Of a stretch of DNA of 64,000 nucleotides, positions 16,017-25,855 are shown in pieces. The translations under genes and the position numbers were made by a program. Where the stretch lies: positions 8,153 through 72,152 of IMG/VR virus record IMGVR_UViG_3300033075_001328. The stretch is one strand, 5' to 3'. The notes beneath the pieces were generated by a model. It saw only the letters and a program-made list of their open reading frames with translations, ran no database searches and was not told where the DNA came from. The stretch is from a virus (lineage: Duplodnaviria; Caudoviricetes). How positions within the stretch are numbered: position 1 is the first letter of the stretch; every line of letters starts with the position of its first letter.

Positions 16017-18020
16017 TTATCTTGCCTTATGTAGCCTGTGAATTACTAGCCTGTAGTCGTATATATCTACGCTGTCGGATGTTTTTAGCTTGATTTTGCC
16101 AGTATTAGCCGCCCATGTATCTAGTGTGTAAACACTTGTGCTTATACTTACAAATTGCTCTACATTGTTACCCTTAGCTAGCGTATAAGTACGCGGATAT
16201 ACCAAGCCTACAGCCCCGTCTATGTCAATGGCAACATCTATATAAGTTGTGTTAGGGGTATTAGGTCGGGCCTTAAATTCGATATTGACACTATATGCGT
16301 CACCTACCAAGCCTATTATACCTGTATCTGCGCGGCTATACATGCTATCCATGTCGCAAGGCATTTGAGGTGTCAATATAGTGCCGCAATGGTTTACAAG
16401 GGTCGTCCAGTTGGTAGCTGTAAACACTAATGGGCTTGCGCTGGTATATAAGCCATCTACATAGCTAGCCCAACCTGTAGCGCAGTTATTGCCTATATAG
16501 GTACTATCGGCAGGGTTGAATGTAATAGCGTTGTTGATAGAAATTGGCAAGTTGCTGTTTATGTCATATCTGCCGCTATCTGCATTGTAAATAATGCCTA
16601 GTGTATCGCCGCCTGTGGCTATGCGGTATGAATTGGCTGTAACTACGCCCTGTGCATTAATCTGCGATAATAGCTGCCCATTCTTTATAACCTGTACGCC
16701 GTTGGTTGTATCTAGGCGAAGAAATGTGCCTACTGCCGTATCGCCAGTATTATAATTAGGTGTATTAACTTCTAATTGTATAACATCCTTGCCATAATAT
16801 GCACCGCTATGGTTTGCGTTGCTACTATCGCAAAATTGACTCATTCGAATAAAGTCCCTGTTAGGCTCATTCTGAAAATATCTACCTTCTATTCTAGCTA
16901 AGTCAACAAAGTTTCCGAAAGCATCAGTATAACCTATATAAATATTCGAATAACCCTCTTTTGAAGTCGTATCATAAATAGCAGCAAAACCCATCTCCTT
17001 ACCAGTTAAACTATCTTGCAAGTTAATTGTGGCCGTTTTTTGTGCGCCCGTTGGGTTGCTACCTATCCTGCCTATAAATCCATCATAGCTAGTAGCATTG
17101 GCATATTTTTTAGATTCTGAAAATATTGTTTCTGAAGAAATGGTAGTAAAATTTTGAGCATATTGCTCGTAACCTCCACCTTGACTAATTAAGCTATAGT
17201 CAGATGTAAATACACGTGTTGTATCAGATGTTAAATCAATACGCCTAGCGGCTTCAACGTCAACAATGGCAGCAGACTCAAAGCTAATATTGCCCGTAGC
17301 CTGTAAAAGCGCATTGCCCGTTATCGGATTTAAATACAACCTTGTACTTGGCGTACCTGTCAAATCCTCATAGCCAATAGTTATGTTTATACTATCCTGC
17401 CCAAATGCGGCGGTATTTCTCATGCCTATTACAGCATTAAGTGTTGGGCTTATACTTTTATAAAAACCAACCGTAGGCAGCGAGAAACCAAATACCGTAT
17501 CAAAGCCATTGATAAACGTAGCATAGCTACTAGGCTGCTTGAATGTGTAACCTATACCGCTTACTGTTGTGCCACTATTCAAACTACCCCCCAACTTCAC
17601 CGTGCCGCCGCTTTCCGTCAAGCCGTTGGCGAAGGTGTAGGTAGTGCCAACAGGTACAGTCCATGCCGAACCGTTCCATGTATTTACCTCATTGGTAGTT
17701 GTATTATAAAACTGAGTACCCTTATGCCCCGCTCCAAAGCTGTTATTGGTACTTAGCGCGTTCATCTGCGTAGTAGTACCCTTTGGCAACATCAAACCCG
17801 CCGTATCGCTCAACAAAGCAAACCTAACACCCCTAGGCAAAGTGCCCTTACCAACCTGCGCATTGTTGGCAATGATTTGGCTGCCGCACACGTATTGAGA
17901 AGTAGAAGTATATCCAAATCCCGAAGGCACTGTATCACCGCCAATCGAACACACCCTAACCGTTTGGGCATAGCCAAAGCAGCCCGCCATTAAAAATAAG
18001 AAGGTGAAAATGTTTTTCAT
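16017..18020 (-). CDS. tail-fibre/adhesin-like protein with signal-peptide-like N-terminus
   Basis: LMLPKGTTTQMNAL, YNTTTNEVNTWNGSAW and GLTESGGTVKLGG fibre-type motifs; start moved to MKNIFTFLFL at 18020. Confidence 0.7.
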   Translation of the reverse strand: MKNIFTFLFLMAGCFGYAQTVRVCSIGGDTVPSGFGYTSTSQYVCGSQIIANNAQVGKGTLPRGVRFALLSDTAGLMLPKGTTTQMNALSTNNSFGAGHKGTQFYNTTTNEVNTWNGSAWTVPVGTTYTFANGLTESGGTVKLGGSLNSGTTVSGIGYTFKQPSSYATFINGFDTVFGFSLPTVGFYKSISPTLNAVIGMRNTAAFGQDSINITIGYEDLTGTPSTRLYLNPITGNALLQATGNISFESAAIVDVEAARRIDLTSDTTRVFTSDYSLISQGGGYEQYAQNFTTISSETIFSESKKYANATSYDGFIGRIGSNPTGAQKTATINLQDSLTGKEMGFAAIYDTTSKEGYSNIYIGYTDAFGNFVDLARIEGRYFQNEPNRDFIRMSQFCDSSNANHSGAYYGKDVIQLEVNTPNYNTGDTAVGTFLRLDTTNGVQVIKNGQLLSQINAQGVVTANSYRIATGGDTLGIIYNADSGRYDINSNLPISINNAITFNPADSTYIGNNCATGWASYVDGLYTSASPLVFTATNWTTLVNHCGTILTPQMPCDMDSMYSRADTGIIGLVGDAYSVNIEFKARPNTPNTTYIDVAIDIDGAVGLVYPRTYTLAKGNNVEQFVSISTSVYTLDTWAANTGKIKLKTSDSVDIYDYRLVIHRLHKAR

Positions 18021-18117
18021 TTGTATTGTTTTGTTTAAGGATGCGAATATCCGACAATAAACAAAGTTTGGCAAGATATTCAACATAACTATTTCATTAT
18101 CATATTATTATATGATA

Positions 18118-18411
18118 CTAAGAGAATGTCGCTACCACGAAATCGCCATCGGATATTATAACCCCTGCGTCAATGCTCAAAGTAGTTCCATCCCATGAAG
18201 CAAGGGTGTTTATCAGTCCATCGTTTAGGCTAATCATCTGCAAGCCCAAAGCCGCAGCATCAGCCAATTCGGGTACATCCGCAGCCGTGTAGTCGTTCTG
18301 CCCTGACGTAGTCGCAAAAGAAACCGTAATCGTGTTGCCAGTACCGCCGCCGCCACCTGTGCCACCAAATGCTACTGCTCCGTTTATCCCTGTACCATTG
18401 CCTGCCAACAT
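18118..18411 (-). CDS. Gly/Thr-rich putative virion protein
   Basis: GGTGGGGGTG N-terminus; tail region. Confidence 0.6.
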   Translation of the reverse strand: MLAGNGTGINGAVAFGGTGGGGGTGNTITVSFATTSGQNDYTAADVPELADAAALGLQMISLNDGLINTLASWDGTTLSIDAGVIISDGDFVVATFS

Positions 18412-18414
18412 ATC

Positions 18415-18885
18415 TTATTCGTTTTCGGTAATTAGAAAATCTGTACCCGAAGCATCTATGTAAACCGCCTCTAAGCAGTCCGCCTCTACAGGGTATTGCA
18501 CGGTTTGGATAAGGCTTTCTCCATTTAGCAGGTTAACCCCATTTACCGTTCCTGTTGCGCCGCCGTCATTCAATATGCTGTAGTTTATTAGCGTTCCGCT
18601 TACCTTGTCAAATGCTGCACTGCTCGCCCCCGTCATTGACCTATCTAGCAATAGGTGCGTCTGCTCTACTGCAACTACTCGCGCCAATGGCGGTGTAGCA
18701 CTTGGAACATATATCCAAGCTGTGCCTTGTAAGCCTGTTTCGGTATCAGTAAATATCGCTTTAAGCTGTGCCTCTGTGCCCGAATAGTCAAGCACGGTAT
18801 CTTTAACCGCGTTGGTTGTTACGTCCCCTGCTTGGGTAACGCCTGCGGGAACTGTCCCTGCTCCTGTTGAACGCCTAATTGTCAT
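18415..18885 (-). CDS. putative virion structural protein
   Basis: Beta-rich; start moved to MTIRRS at 18885, downstream of the promoter box. Confidence 0.65.
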   Translation of the reverse strand: MTIRRSTGAGTVPAGVTQAGDVTTNAVKDTVLDYSGTEAQLKAIFTDTETGLQGTAWIYVPSATPPLARVVAVEQTHLLLDRSMTGASSAAFDKVSGTLINYSILNDGGATGTVNGVNLLNGESLIQTVQYPVEADCLEAVYIDASGTDFLITENE

Positions 18886-18900
18886 TGCTTTAGGTTTTGA

Positions 18901-18936
18901 CAAAAATAGCAATTTTCAATTAAAGTAACACTTTAA
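18901..18936 (-). promoter_or_regulatory. internal promoter with upstream palindrome
   Basis: TATTTTTG on the minus strand (18901-18908); inverted repeat TTAAAGT-AAC-ACTTTAA at 18920-18936. Confidence 0.55.
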
Positions 18937-18954
18937 GTAAAATGCTATAGTTAA

Positions 18955-21456
18955 TTAATAGCCAACACTTTTTCTTGGTGCAGCTTTTTTCTTTTCCTTT
19001 TCGGGTTTCTCCTCCCTCACATCCACGCCACCACCAAAGAAAGCGTAGAACGCAAGTAGTCCATTTACCGCGCTAGGGTCATCTTTGTATAGGTCGTAAA
19101 TAGTTTGATAAGTAATTGGAGTTGGATTAAGTTGGTCGCTCCAAGTAAACTCTTTTCCATATGGGTCAACTCTAACACCCTCTTTATTAACCTTAGAAAA
19201 AAGTATATCTTTTGCAACGGCTGATGATGGACTTAGTTTATTGAATGCCTGCTGTAATAACAACTCCCCTCTTGTTGGGGCTTTATACGGAGTTCCTAAA
19301 GCGTAATCCTTACCTTCTCTATTCCCTTTTTCAGTTTTGTTTAAACTATCCTGTATCATTCTTGATGTGAGGATTACTTGCTGTATCCTGCCCCCCCACG
19401 GGTCAATTATCCTATCCCCTAATTTTATTTTACCAAAGTCGGAATTAGTAGGGTCGCGCTCCACGTATGTTTCTGGGTCGTCGTCATTTTCTAATGCAGC
19501 CGCAACCATTGTTACCATAGCAGTTGTTAGCCCAACAAATGTTCCATAATCTCGCAATGCCATTTTAGCGGCAGTAGGGCTTTTATAGGCTAGCCTGCCA
19601 AAATATACCGCAGCATAAGGTGATGCTGTCTTTAGCATAGAAGCCCAATTTCTAGGAGAGAAAAGCACTAAAGTCAACCCATCTGCAATACGTTCTCCAC
19701 GCTTACCTAAAGAAGCTCTACCTGTCAAGGTGTTTATCAAATCTGCAACCGCCTTATAATCTTCGGGATGGCTTTCAATCTTTTTGCCTTGCATTTCAAG
19801 CATCTGCATACCATCTAAAAACCGTTCTATACGGACTGTGTCAAGATAACCCACGGCAGCACGTTCAAAAGCCTTGAATGGGTTTATTTCTTTCCACTTA
19901 TCACCTGCTTTTTCGTTTCCCTTGCCGATAACGTTGCCTATAGTATTCCATACCAAGTCGGTGTAGCCACTATAAAACAACTCCTCCCTTGCGGTTAGTT
20001 TTGCGTCAGGCTTAGTTAATGCCAATTTGCTATCTACTAATGCTGAATAATAATCTTGCGCCTTAATTTCATTAAGGAACTTTTCGGTCTTGGCTTCGCT
20101 ACTAAAATTGTTCAACGCCTGTTTTAGTCCTTTATACGCATAAGTCGGGTGCGCCACAGCTTGTACCAAGCCTTGTACGCCTAGAAATGAAAACTCACCA
20201 GTAGCTTTGAATAGACGCAGTAAGCCCCAAGCATCTGCCAAGTGGTCTTTAGCCTTCTGCCAACCATCCCTGTTTTTTAATTCCGCCTTGTACATTTCTT
20301 TATCGAACTGCTCTTGTAAGCGAGCCTTCTCTGCACGTAGCTTAGTTAGCTCCGTGTCGGCAATAATAGGTTTGCGTTTAGGCTTGGTGTAATCTTCTTT
20401 GGCTAGTTTTTCTTCTAACTGCCCGATTGATTTCTCGGTACGCTTTTTAGCTGCCTCGGTACGCGCCGCCTCTTTGCCCTCAAAGTATGCGCCAAGCTCA
20501 GAGGCAAAACGGTCTTTGTCGCCCTCTGTTAATGCTTTGTACCAGTCCGAGTCCTTTATGTTATCTATTACAACCGACACGCCGTCAGCTATGCTCCCCG
20601 CCTTTTCTATGGCCTGCGCAGCATTTTCAACAAGCTCGTTCCAATCAAACGCACTCATTTTGGTCAGCTTGATAACATTGCCGTCCCTGTCCTTAAATTC
20701 AAATGGTTTAGTTTTAAGGGTGCGCACCTTGTCAGCAACTTTCTTAGCCCTTTCCGAGTATGTTTTCTTTTCTGCCTTGGCAACTTCCGCCTCTTGTGCA
20801 TCAACGCGCTTCTCTGCCTCTGCCAAACGTTTCTGCACGTCTTTTAGCTTCTCGTCAAGCTCTTTGAACTTAGCCTCTACTTCGGGGCTTATCTCGCCTT
20901 TATTTAACTCTTTGTACTTCTTAACCTGCCTATCAAGGTTATAGTTGAAATTTGAGCGTTCGTATATGTCGTCCAACGCAGAAATAAACCTACCCCCGCT
21001 ACGTGCCTTGGCATCAAACTCCGAAATTAATTTGGCTTGTAAATCGGTTAACCTCTGCACTTCTGCCGCATCGGTAGCCTCTGCTAGTTTGTTGCCAACA
21101 TTATCTATAGCTTCCGCCCATATATAAGCCGCAGCACCGTCGTCCACTTGGCTTCTGCGCACGGCTTCTAACGCCGCATCTTCACCCACCTCTGCAATGA
21201 AATCCTTAGCGTTCTGTCTAGCCTTAGCCCTGCTCTCAGGCTCATAGGTCAACCCATGCTTTTCAACCGCCGCTTTTACTGCCTCAGGATTATCCCCCTT
21301 AAATGCACGGTTAAGTAAAGCCTTTTCTTTTGGTTCTTTAGGCGCAAAATATCCCCCTAGCACATCGTCAAGGTTACCCTCAAGTATGTGCGCCTTAAAC
21401 TCAGCCTCACTATATGTTTTGCCGTTTAAAGTATAAACGCAAGGGTTCTTAGCCAT
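18955..21456 (-). CDS. large helical internal virion/cargo (ejection) protein
   Basis: 833 aa, coiled-coil, MAKNPCVYTLNGKTYSE N-terminus, last of the cargo cluster. Confidence 0.6.
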   Translation of the reverse strand: MAKNPCVYTLNGKTYSEAEFKAHILEGNLDDVLGGYFAPKEPKEKALLNRAFKGDNPEAVKAAVEKHGLTYEPESRAKARQNAKDFIAEVGEDAALEAVRRSQVDDGAAAYIWAEAIDNVGNKLAEATDAAEVQRLTDLQAKLISEFDAKARSGGRFISALDDIYERSNFNYNLDRQVKKYKELNKGEISPEVEAKFKELDEKLKDVQKRLAEAEKRVDAQEAEVAKAEKKTYSERAKKVADKVRTLKTKPFEFKDRDGNVIKLTKMSAFDWNELVENAAQAIEKAGSIADGVSVVIDNIKDSDWYKALTEGDKDRFASELGAYFEGKEAARTEAAKKRTEKSIGQLEEKLAKEDYTKPKRKPIIADTELTKLRAEKARLQEQFDKEMYKAELKNRDGWQKAKDHLADAWGLLRLFKATGEFSFLGVQGLVQAVAHPTYAYKGLKQALNNFSSEAKTEKFLNEIKAQDYYSALVDSKLALTKPDAKLTAREELFYSGYTDLVWNTIGNVIGKGNEKAGDKWKEINPFKAFERAAVGYLDTVRIERFLDGMQMLEMQGKKIESHPEDYKAVADLINTLTGRASLGKRGERIADGLTLVLFSPRNWASMLKTASPYAAVYFGRLAYKSPTAAKMALRDYGTFVGLTTAMVTMVAAALENDDDPETYVERDPTNSDFGKIKLGDRIIDPWGGRIQQVILTSRMIQDSLNKTEKGNREGKDYALGTPYKAPTRGELLLQQAFNKLSPSSAVAKDILFSKVNKEGVRVDPYGKEFTWSDQLNPTPITYQTIYDLYKDDPSAVNGLLAFYAFFGGGVDVREEKPEKEKKKAAPRKSVGY

Positions 21457-21952
21457 TAGCTAGTTTTTTAAGTTCCTTATCTATCAATATTGCACCCGCA
21501 CCCGTGCTGCCCGCTACTTCAAGCCTGTTTATCATATCAGCATAAAAGCCGACATGCTCGCGCTGCACCTGTATGAAAAACAATAGGTGTTGCGCTATTT
21601 CGGGGTATTCTGTGCCCTCTTTTTTATAGAACTCCTTATAGAAGTCAAGCAAGTCTTTTTCATTGTCGTATGCTACCTTTAGTGCATCTTTCAATGATTT
21701 CGGGTATTCGCCCTGTGGCTTTATCGCAGGGGTCTTGCCAAGTATGCCCATGTCGTTCAAGAAGTCAACATGCTTTTGATAATGCGTAACTTCTTCGTCG
21801 CTCTCGGCTAAGAAGTATGCCTGCGCACCAAAGAAACCAACCGACTGCATAGCATTGGCTAGCTCTTTATATACATGGAAGTGGCTAAGTTCATAGCCCA
21901 TTGCCTTCTCAAAAATAGCCACACAGGCTGTATCTAGTAGTTTATCTCTCAT
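21449..21952 (-). CDS. ftn: ferritin-like protein
   Basis: E21, Y28, E53/E54-x-x-H57, E98 and Q130 match the spacing of the FtnA ferroxidase centre. Confidence 0.88.
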   Translation of the reverse strand: MRDKLLDTACVAIFEKAMGYELSHFHVYKELANAMQSVGFFGAQAYFLAESDEEVTHYQKHVDFLNDMGILGKTPAIKPQGEYPKSLKDALKVAYDNEKDLLDFYKEFYKKEGTEYPEIAQHLLFFIQVQREHVGFYADMINRLEVAGSTGAGAILIDKELKKLANG

Positions 21953-21962
21953 TCTATATGGT

Positions 21963-24221
21963 TTAACAATCTATTCTAAATGCTACCTCACCTTTGTCGG
22001 CTCTAGCTTGCAAGTCGGCTATCATGCTATCAAAGTTGTCTGTAATAGTAATAGCTTTGTCTTTAAGCCCCCCCATTTTTTCAAGCACCTTATCTTTGGC
22101 AAAGTTACCCCTTTTGTTGCTATGCTCCTCAAAAATACTAGCGGCATCTACGGAAACAGCCTCTCCAGTACCCATTGCAGCATTTGCCTCCATTTGGGGC
22201 GTGTCGGTTGCAACTTGTTCAGCATTGGGTGTTCGCGTATCCATTGCTCCAAATTGTCCTTCTGTCGTTGTTCCTTCGGCAGCAACATCCGTTCCTTCGC
22301 TTGAGGTAGTAGTTTCATTGGTAGAAGCTTCTTTTTCAATAATGGTTGGCTCTAATTCTTTCTCAATAGCCTTTTCGGCGCGCTTCTCCGCAGCCTTCTC
22401 CCTAGCTTCGTAGTGCTTCAACTCCGCCTTCTCGCTAGGCAACAAAGGTTTCTCGCTATCGCTTTTACGTTCCTTTAACTTCTCGTAAGCCTTCTGCTCT
22501 TTGAGCGTCAACGGTGCCCCCGTTTCTTCTTGTATCTTCCTATTAACAGCTTCTATCTCAGATTCAATAGCAGGCTTAAAAGCATCATCCTTCTCTTCTA
22601 ACTGTTTCTCTAGTTCAATTTTTCGCTCCATGTCGGGCAGCACAGCATCCCTTGTTTCTTGCGGTAGTTCAGTTGGCATCTTATCATAAGCCTTCTTGGT
22701 ATCTAACACTTGATTCAATGTAGCCTGCCCACGGGCAGCATCTATAACCCCATCTTCTATAGCCTTATTCACTACCCCTTGTATAGTAGATACATCGCTT
22801 TGCGCCAATCCGTTTACCAATAACTTATGAACGGCAGGCTTTAATTTAGCTGCGCCGCCAAACAGGGCATTCATAGCCAAACTAAACCCAACTTCGCCAA
22901 CACCTTGTTCCAATACGCCGTCCATATCTTCTATGTTGTAGCCTAGACTTTTGCCATATTGGTTATTTGCATACTGCATACCCATAGCTACTGCGCCATC
23001 AATACCTGCATCTACCAAGGCAGTTTTTACACCCTGTACTAGCGTCTTGTTTGCCAAGCCGCCCGCTTTCATGAACGGGTTTATAAAACCTATACCGCCC
23101 TCAATAGCACCTGTCGCAGCACCTACTTTAGCAAAATCTTTAGCGGGAGCAATAGCATCTTTAGGTTCTAACCCTTGCTGCCTGCCTTGTATATAACCTT
23201 GAATTAAGTTACTCCCATATCCCATTGTGCCATAAGTAGCCATTGCCACACCCGCACCTCCTATGCCACCCGTAAGAAACGAAGTACCTATTGTTGTTGC
23301 CATTGGAGCAACCTGTCCGCCCAACATTTCTGCCCCCATATTCCAAATGCTTCTGTCTAGTTCTGGCTGCGACATTTGCTGCACATATATTCGCTCTAGT
23401 TCATCTTGCAATGAAATGTCGTCCTTTTCACCCGCTTTCAATGCAATGCTAATAGCGGCGTTAGTTTGCGCCATGCCATTCATAAAGGCATCGTCTATCT
23501 GAAACTCTCCAAGCTGCGCCGACTTTATCTGTTTAAGGCTAGCAATATCTTTTGCCAACTCTGCTTGGTCTGTATTATATTGTTGCGCGGCGATATTAGC
23601 TGCTTGCTTTTTTTGCTCAAGCATAACTGGCAACTGTTCAGGTGTGGCATTTTTTATTTCGCTCTTGGCAGATTTAAACCGTGCATCAAACTCTTTCAGA
23701 TATTCGTCTGGGTAGTTTTTTACCACCGAGCCGTCCGCCATTGTTGTATAGGCATTAGCGGGGGAGTATGTGTCTGTTTTGGCATCGTAAGCAACATTAC
23801 CCGTTCCCTCAAAACTACCGCCACCAAAGCTGTTATCAAAGGTCATGGCAGCATCAATAGCACCTATATCTTTTAGTGAGCCTTCGTAAGACTTTAACGA
23901 CTGTGTAGCTTTCTTACTTTTCTCTACTGCGCTTTGGGTAATACGCTGCTCTTCCGAAGGTGCACTTTCGGTATAAGTAGTATTGGTGTACTTTGATTCA
24001 GACAGCTTTGCTGGCGTTTTGTCGCCGCCGCTCCATGAGTAATTATACACGCCACTCTGCGCAGAAGGCGTGGTACGCTGCTGTACAGGCTGCGTAGAAG
24101 CGGGAGTAATATTTTCTTTTTTTTTTGGAGGCGGAGGCAATAGTTCGCCTGTACCTCCAATGCTATCTTGCGGTTGTTGCCTTTTCGGTGGTGGTGGTAA
24201 TAGTTCTTCGTCGCCTACCAT
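21963..24221 (-). CDS. internal virion/cargo (ejection) protein
   Basis: 752 aa; Gly/Ala-rich hydrophobic middle, acidic tail; TAATG-coupled to the upstream gene. Confidence 0.6.
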   Translation of the reverse strand: MVGDEELLPPPPKRQQPQDSIGGTGELLPPPPKKKENITPASTQPVQQRTTPSAQSGVYNYSWSGGDKTPAKLSESKYTNTTYTESAPSEEQRITQSAVEKSKKATQSLKSYEGSLKDIGAIDAAMTFDNSFGGGSFEGTGNVAYDAKTDTYSPANAYTTMADGSVVKNYPDEYLKEFDARFKSAKSEIKNATPEQLPVMLEQKKQAANIAAQQYNTDQAELAKDIASLKQIKSAQLGEFQIDDAFMNGMAQTNAAISIALKAGEKDDISLQDELERIYVQQMSQPELDRSIWNMGAEMLGGQVAPMATTIGTSFLTGGIGGAGVAMATYGTMGYGSNLIQGYIQGRQQGLEPKDAIAPAKDFAKVGAATGAIEGGIGFINPFMKAGGLANKTLVQGVKTALVDAGIDGAVAMGMQYANNQYGKSLGYNIEDMDGVLEQGVGEVGFSLAMNALFGGAAKLKPAVHKLLVNGLAQSDVSTIQGVVNKAIEDGVIDAARGQATLNQVLDTKKAYDKMPTELPQETRDAVLPDMERKIELEKQLEEKDDAFKPAIESEIEAVNRKIQEETGAPLTLKEQKAYEKLKERKSDSEKPLLPSEKAELKHYEAREKAAEKRAEKAIEKELEPTIIEKEASTNETTTSSEGTDVAAEGTTTEGQFGAMDTRTPNAEQVATDTPQMEANAAMGTGEAVSVDAASIFEEHSNKRGNFAKDKVLEKMGGLKDKAITITDNFDSMIADLQARADKGEVAFRIDC

Positions 24222-25855
24222 TATTGTATATTATAGCCTTGTGATTTGTAATAGTCTATCAACTCTTGCTCGGTATAACCTTCGTAGCCTTTCGTTCCTA
24301 CTAGCGACTTTATCTTGGTTCTAGTAGTGGTCTTTGGTGCGTTTTGCTGCTGCGCGGGTTGCGTTACGCTAGGCTCATTTGTTTTTGCCAATACCCGCAC
24401 GTTCGCTACATTGCCATTGTAGCCGTTTGCTTTACTTAACACACTGCGCACAGAAGAAGTCGGTATTTTATTTTCTACTGCTATACCTGTAATTATGTTT
24501 TCTGTTACAGGAACATAGCCTTCATCATCTATATCCATGCCATTCATTCTGCTACCACCGCCGTCTTTAGTGTACGCAGACTGCGCCGTCTTAACCAAGA
24601 CCGTACCGTCAGGCTTAATTTTCCATCCAATAATGATGTTTGGCTCTGTATCTAGTGATACGTTACCGTTAGCGTCAGTACGTTGCACGTTAAAATTACC
24701 CGCACTTATACCTGCAAGGTTATTTGAGTACCACGCTTGGGCTGCGGTTATTGGGCTAGCCAAAGCCCCGCCGCCTACCTTACTAAGCGTATTCCATTCT
24801 GTAGGTGTTGCGGTTTGACCGTTATACACCTTTGCCTTACCCGTAAATATATTGCCCATTTGCTCTAGCACAAACGAAGCCTTTTCTTCTTCTTCCTTTT
24901 TCTTGTAGCCATATTTTACACCCTCTTTATGAGCGGTACTCTCCTTGCCCTCTTCAAAAGAGATTTTGGGCGCATTTATTGCGTTTGTCATGCGCTCTAT
25001 CATAACCGTAGAAGGGTCAACGCCGCGCCTATTCGCCTCTTCGGTTACTGACATCCTGTTTGCGCTCCCCTGTGGCAATAGGTTAAATTCATCAGTAGCA
25101 TCTTGCACTACATCGTAGTCTGCCTGTAATGCAGAGTTTAAGGTATTAAGCTGCTGGTCGGATAGTTTTTCTTCGGTATAGTACCCTTTGCTGCCAAAAG
25201 GCAATTGCTCAGTTACAATATTGCCAGCTTCATCCCGCATTACCTTTTGCTCCCTTGGTATCTTGTCCAACTTTTTCTTTACTGTATCGTAAAGAGAAAT
25301 CTTTTTAGGCTGGTATAAAGGGTATTTAGAAATAGCTTCATCCCCTTTTTCGCCCATACGCTGTTCTAGCGGCAACATCCTAAGCTGTGCCATGTTTGTT
25401 ACGTGGCTTTTGTCATACTTGGATAGGTCGCCATCCGCCGCCTTTTGTAGGTATTGGTTGAATGACTTGCTGCCAGATATTGCTGTATCAAGCCGCTGCT
25501 TATCTACATTCCACTTGGCTATATCTGCTACGTAATTTGGATTACCTACGTCTCCTGCGTATTTAGCTTGTATGGCGGCATAGTCCTCAAATACCTTTTG
25601 CGCCATACCACTTATCGGGGCGGTATCTTCGGGCAGTATTCCGTCGGGGTTATACTTTAGGTCGGCAGTCATTTTCATGGCCTGCTGCTTCAAAGCCAAC
25701 TTTTCCGCTTGCCTTACACGTTGCCCCTCATCAAACTTCTTTAAATTACCCAAATGAACGTCCAACGGGTTTACCGTGTCGCTCAAATATACTGCCCCTA
25801 TGTTAGTAGGGTTCTCCGCTAAAGAAGGAAGTCCGTTTGCTTCGACTACTGCCAT
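24221..25855 (-). CDS. internal virion/cargo (ejection) protein
   Basis: 544 aa, helical, between pilot-like and cargo genes. Confidence 0.6.
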   Translation of the reverse strand: MAVVEANGLPSLAENPTNIGAVYLSDTVNPLDVHLGNLKKFDEGQRVRQAEKLALKQQAMKMTADLKYNPDGILPEDTAPISGMAQKVFEDYAAIQAKYAGDVGNPNYVADIAKWNVDKQRLDTAISGSKSFNQYLQKAADGDLSKYDKSHVTNMAQLRMLPLEQRMGEKGDEAISKYPLYQPKKISLYDTVKKKLDKIPREQKVMRDEAGNIVTEQLPFGSKGYYTEEKLSDQQLNTLNSALQADYDVVQDATDEFNLLPQGSANRMSVTEEANRRGVDPSTVMIERMTNAINAPKISFEEGKESTAHKEGVKYGYKKKEEEEKASFVLEQMGNIFTGKAKVYNGQTATPTEWNTLSKVGGGALASPITAAQAWYSNNLAGISAGNFNVQRTDANGNVSLDTEPNIIIGWKIKPDGTVLVKTAQSAYTKDGGGSRMNGMDIDDEGYVPVTENIITGIAVENKIPTSSVRSVLSKANGYNGNVANVRVLAKTNEPSVTQPAQQQNAPKTTTRTKIKSLVGTKGYEGYTEQELIDYYKSQGYNIQ

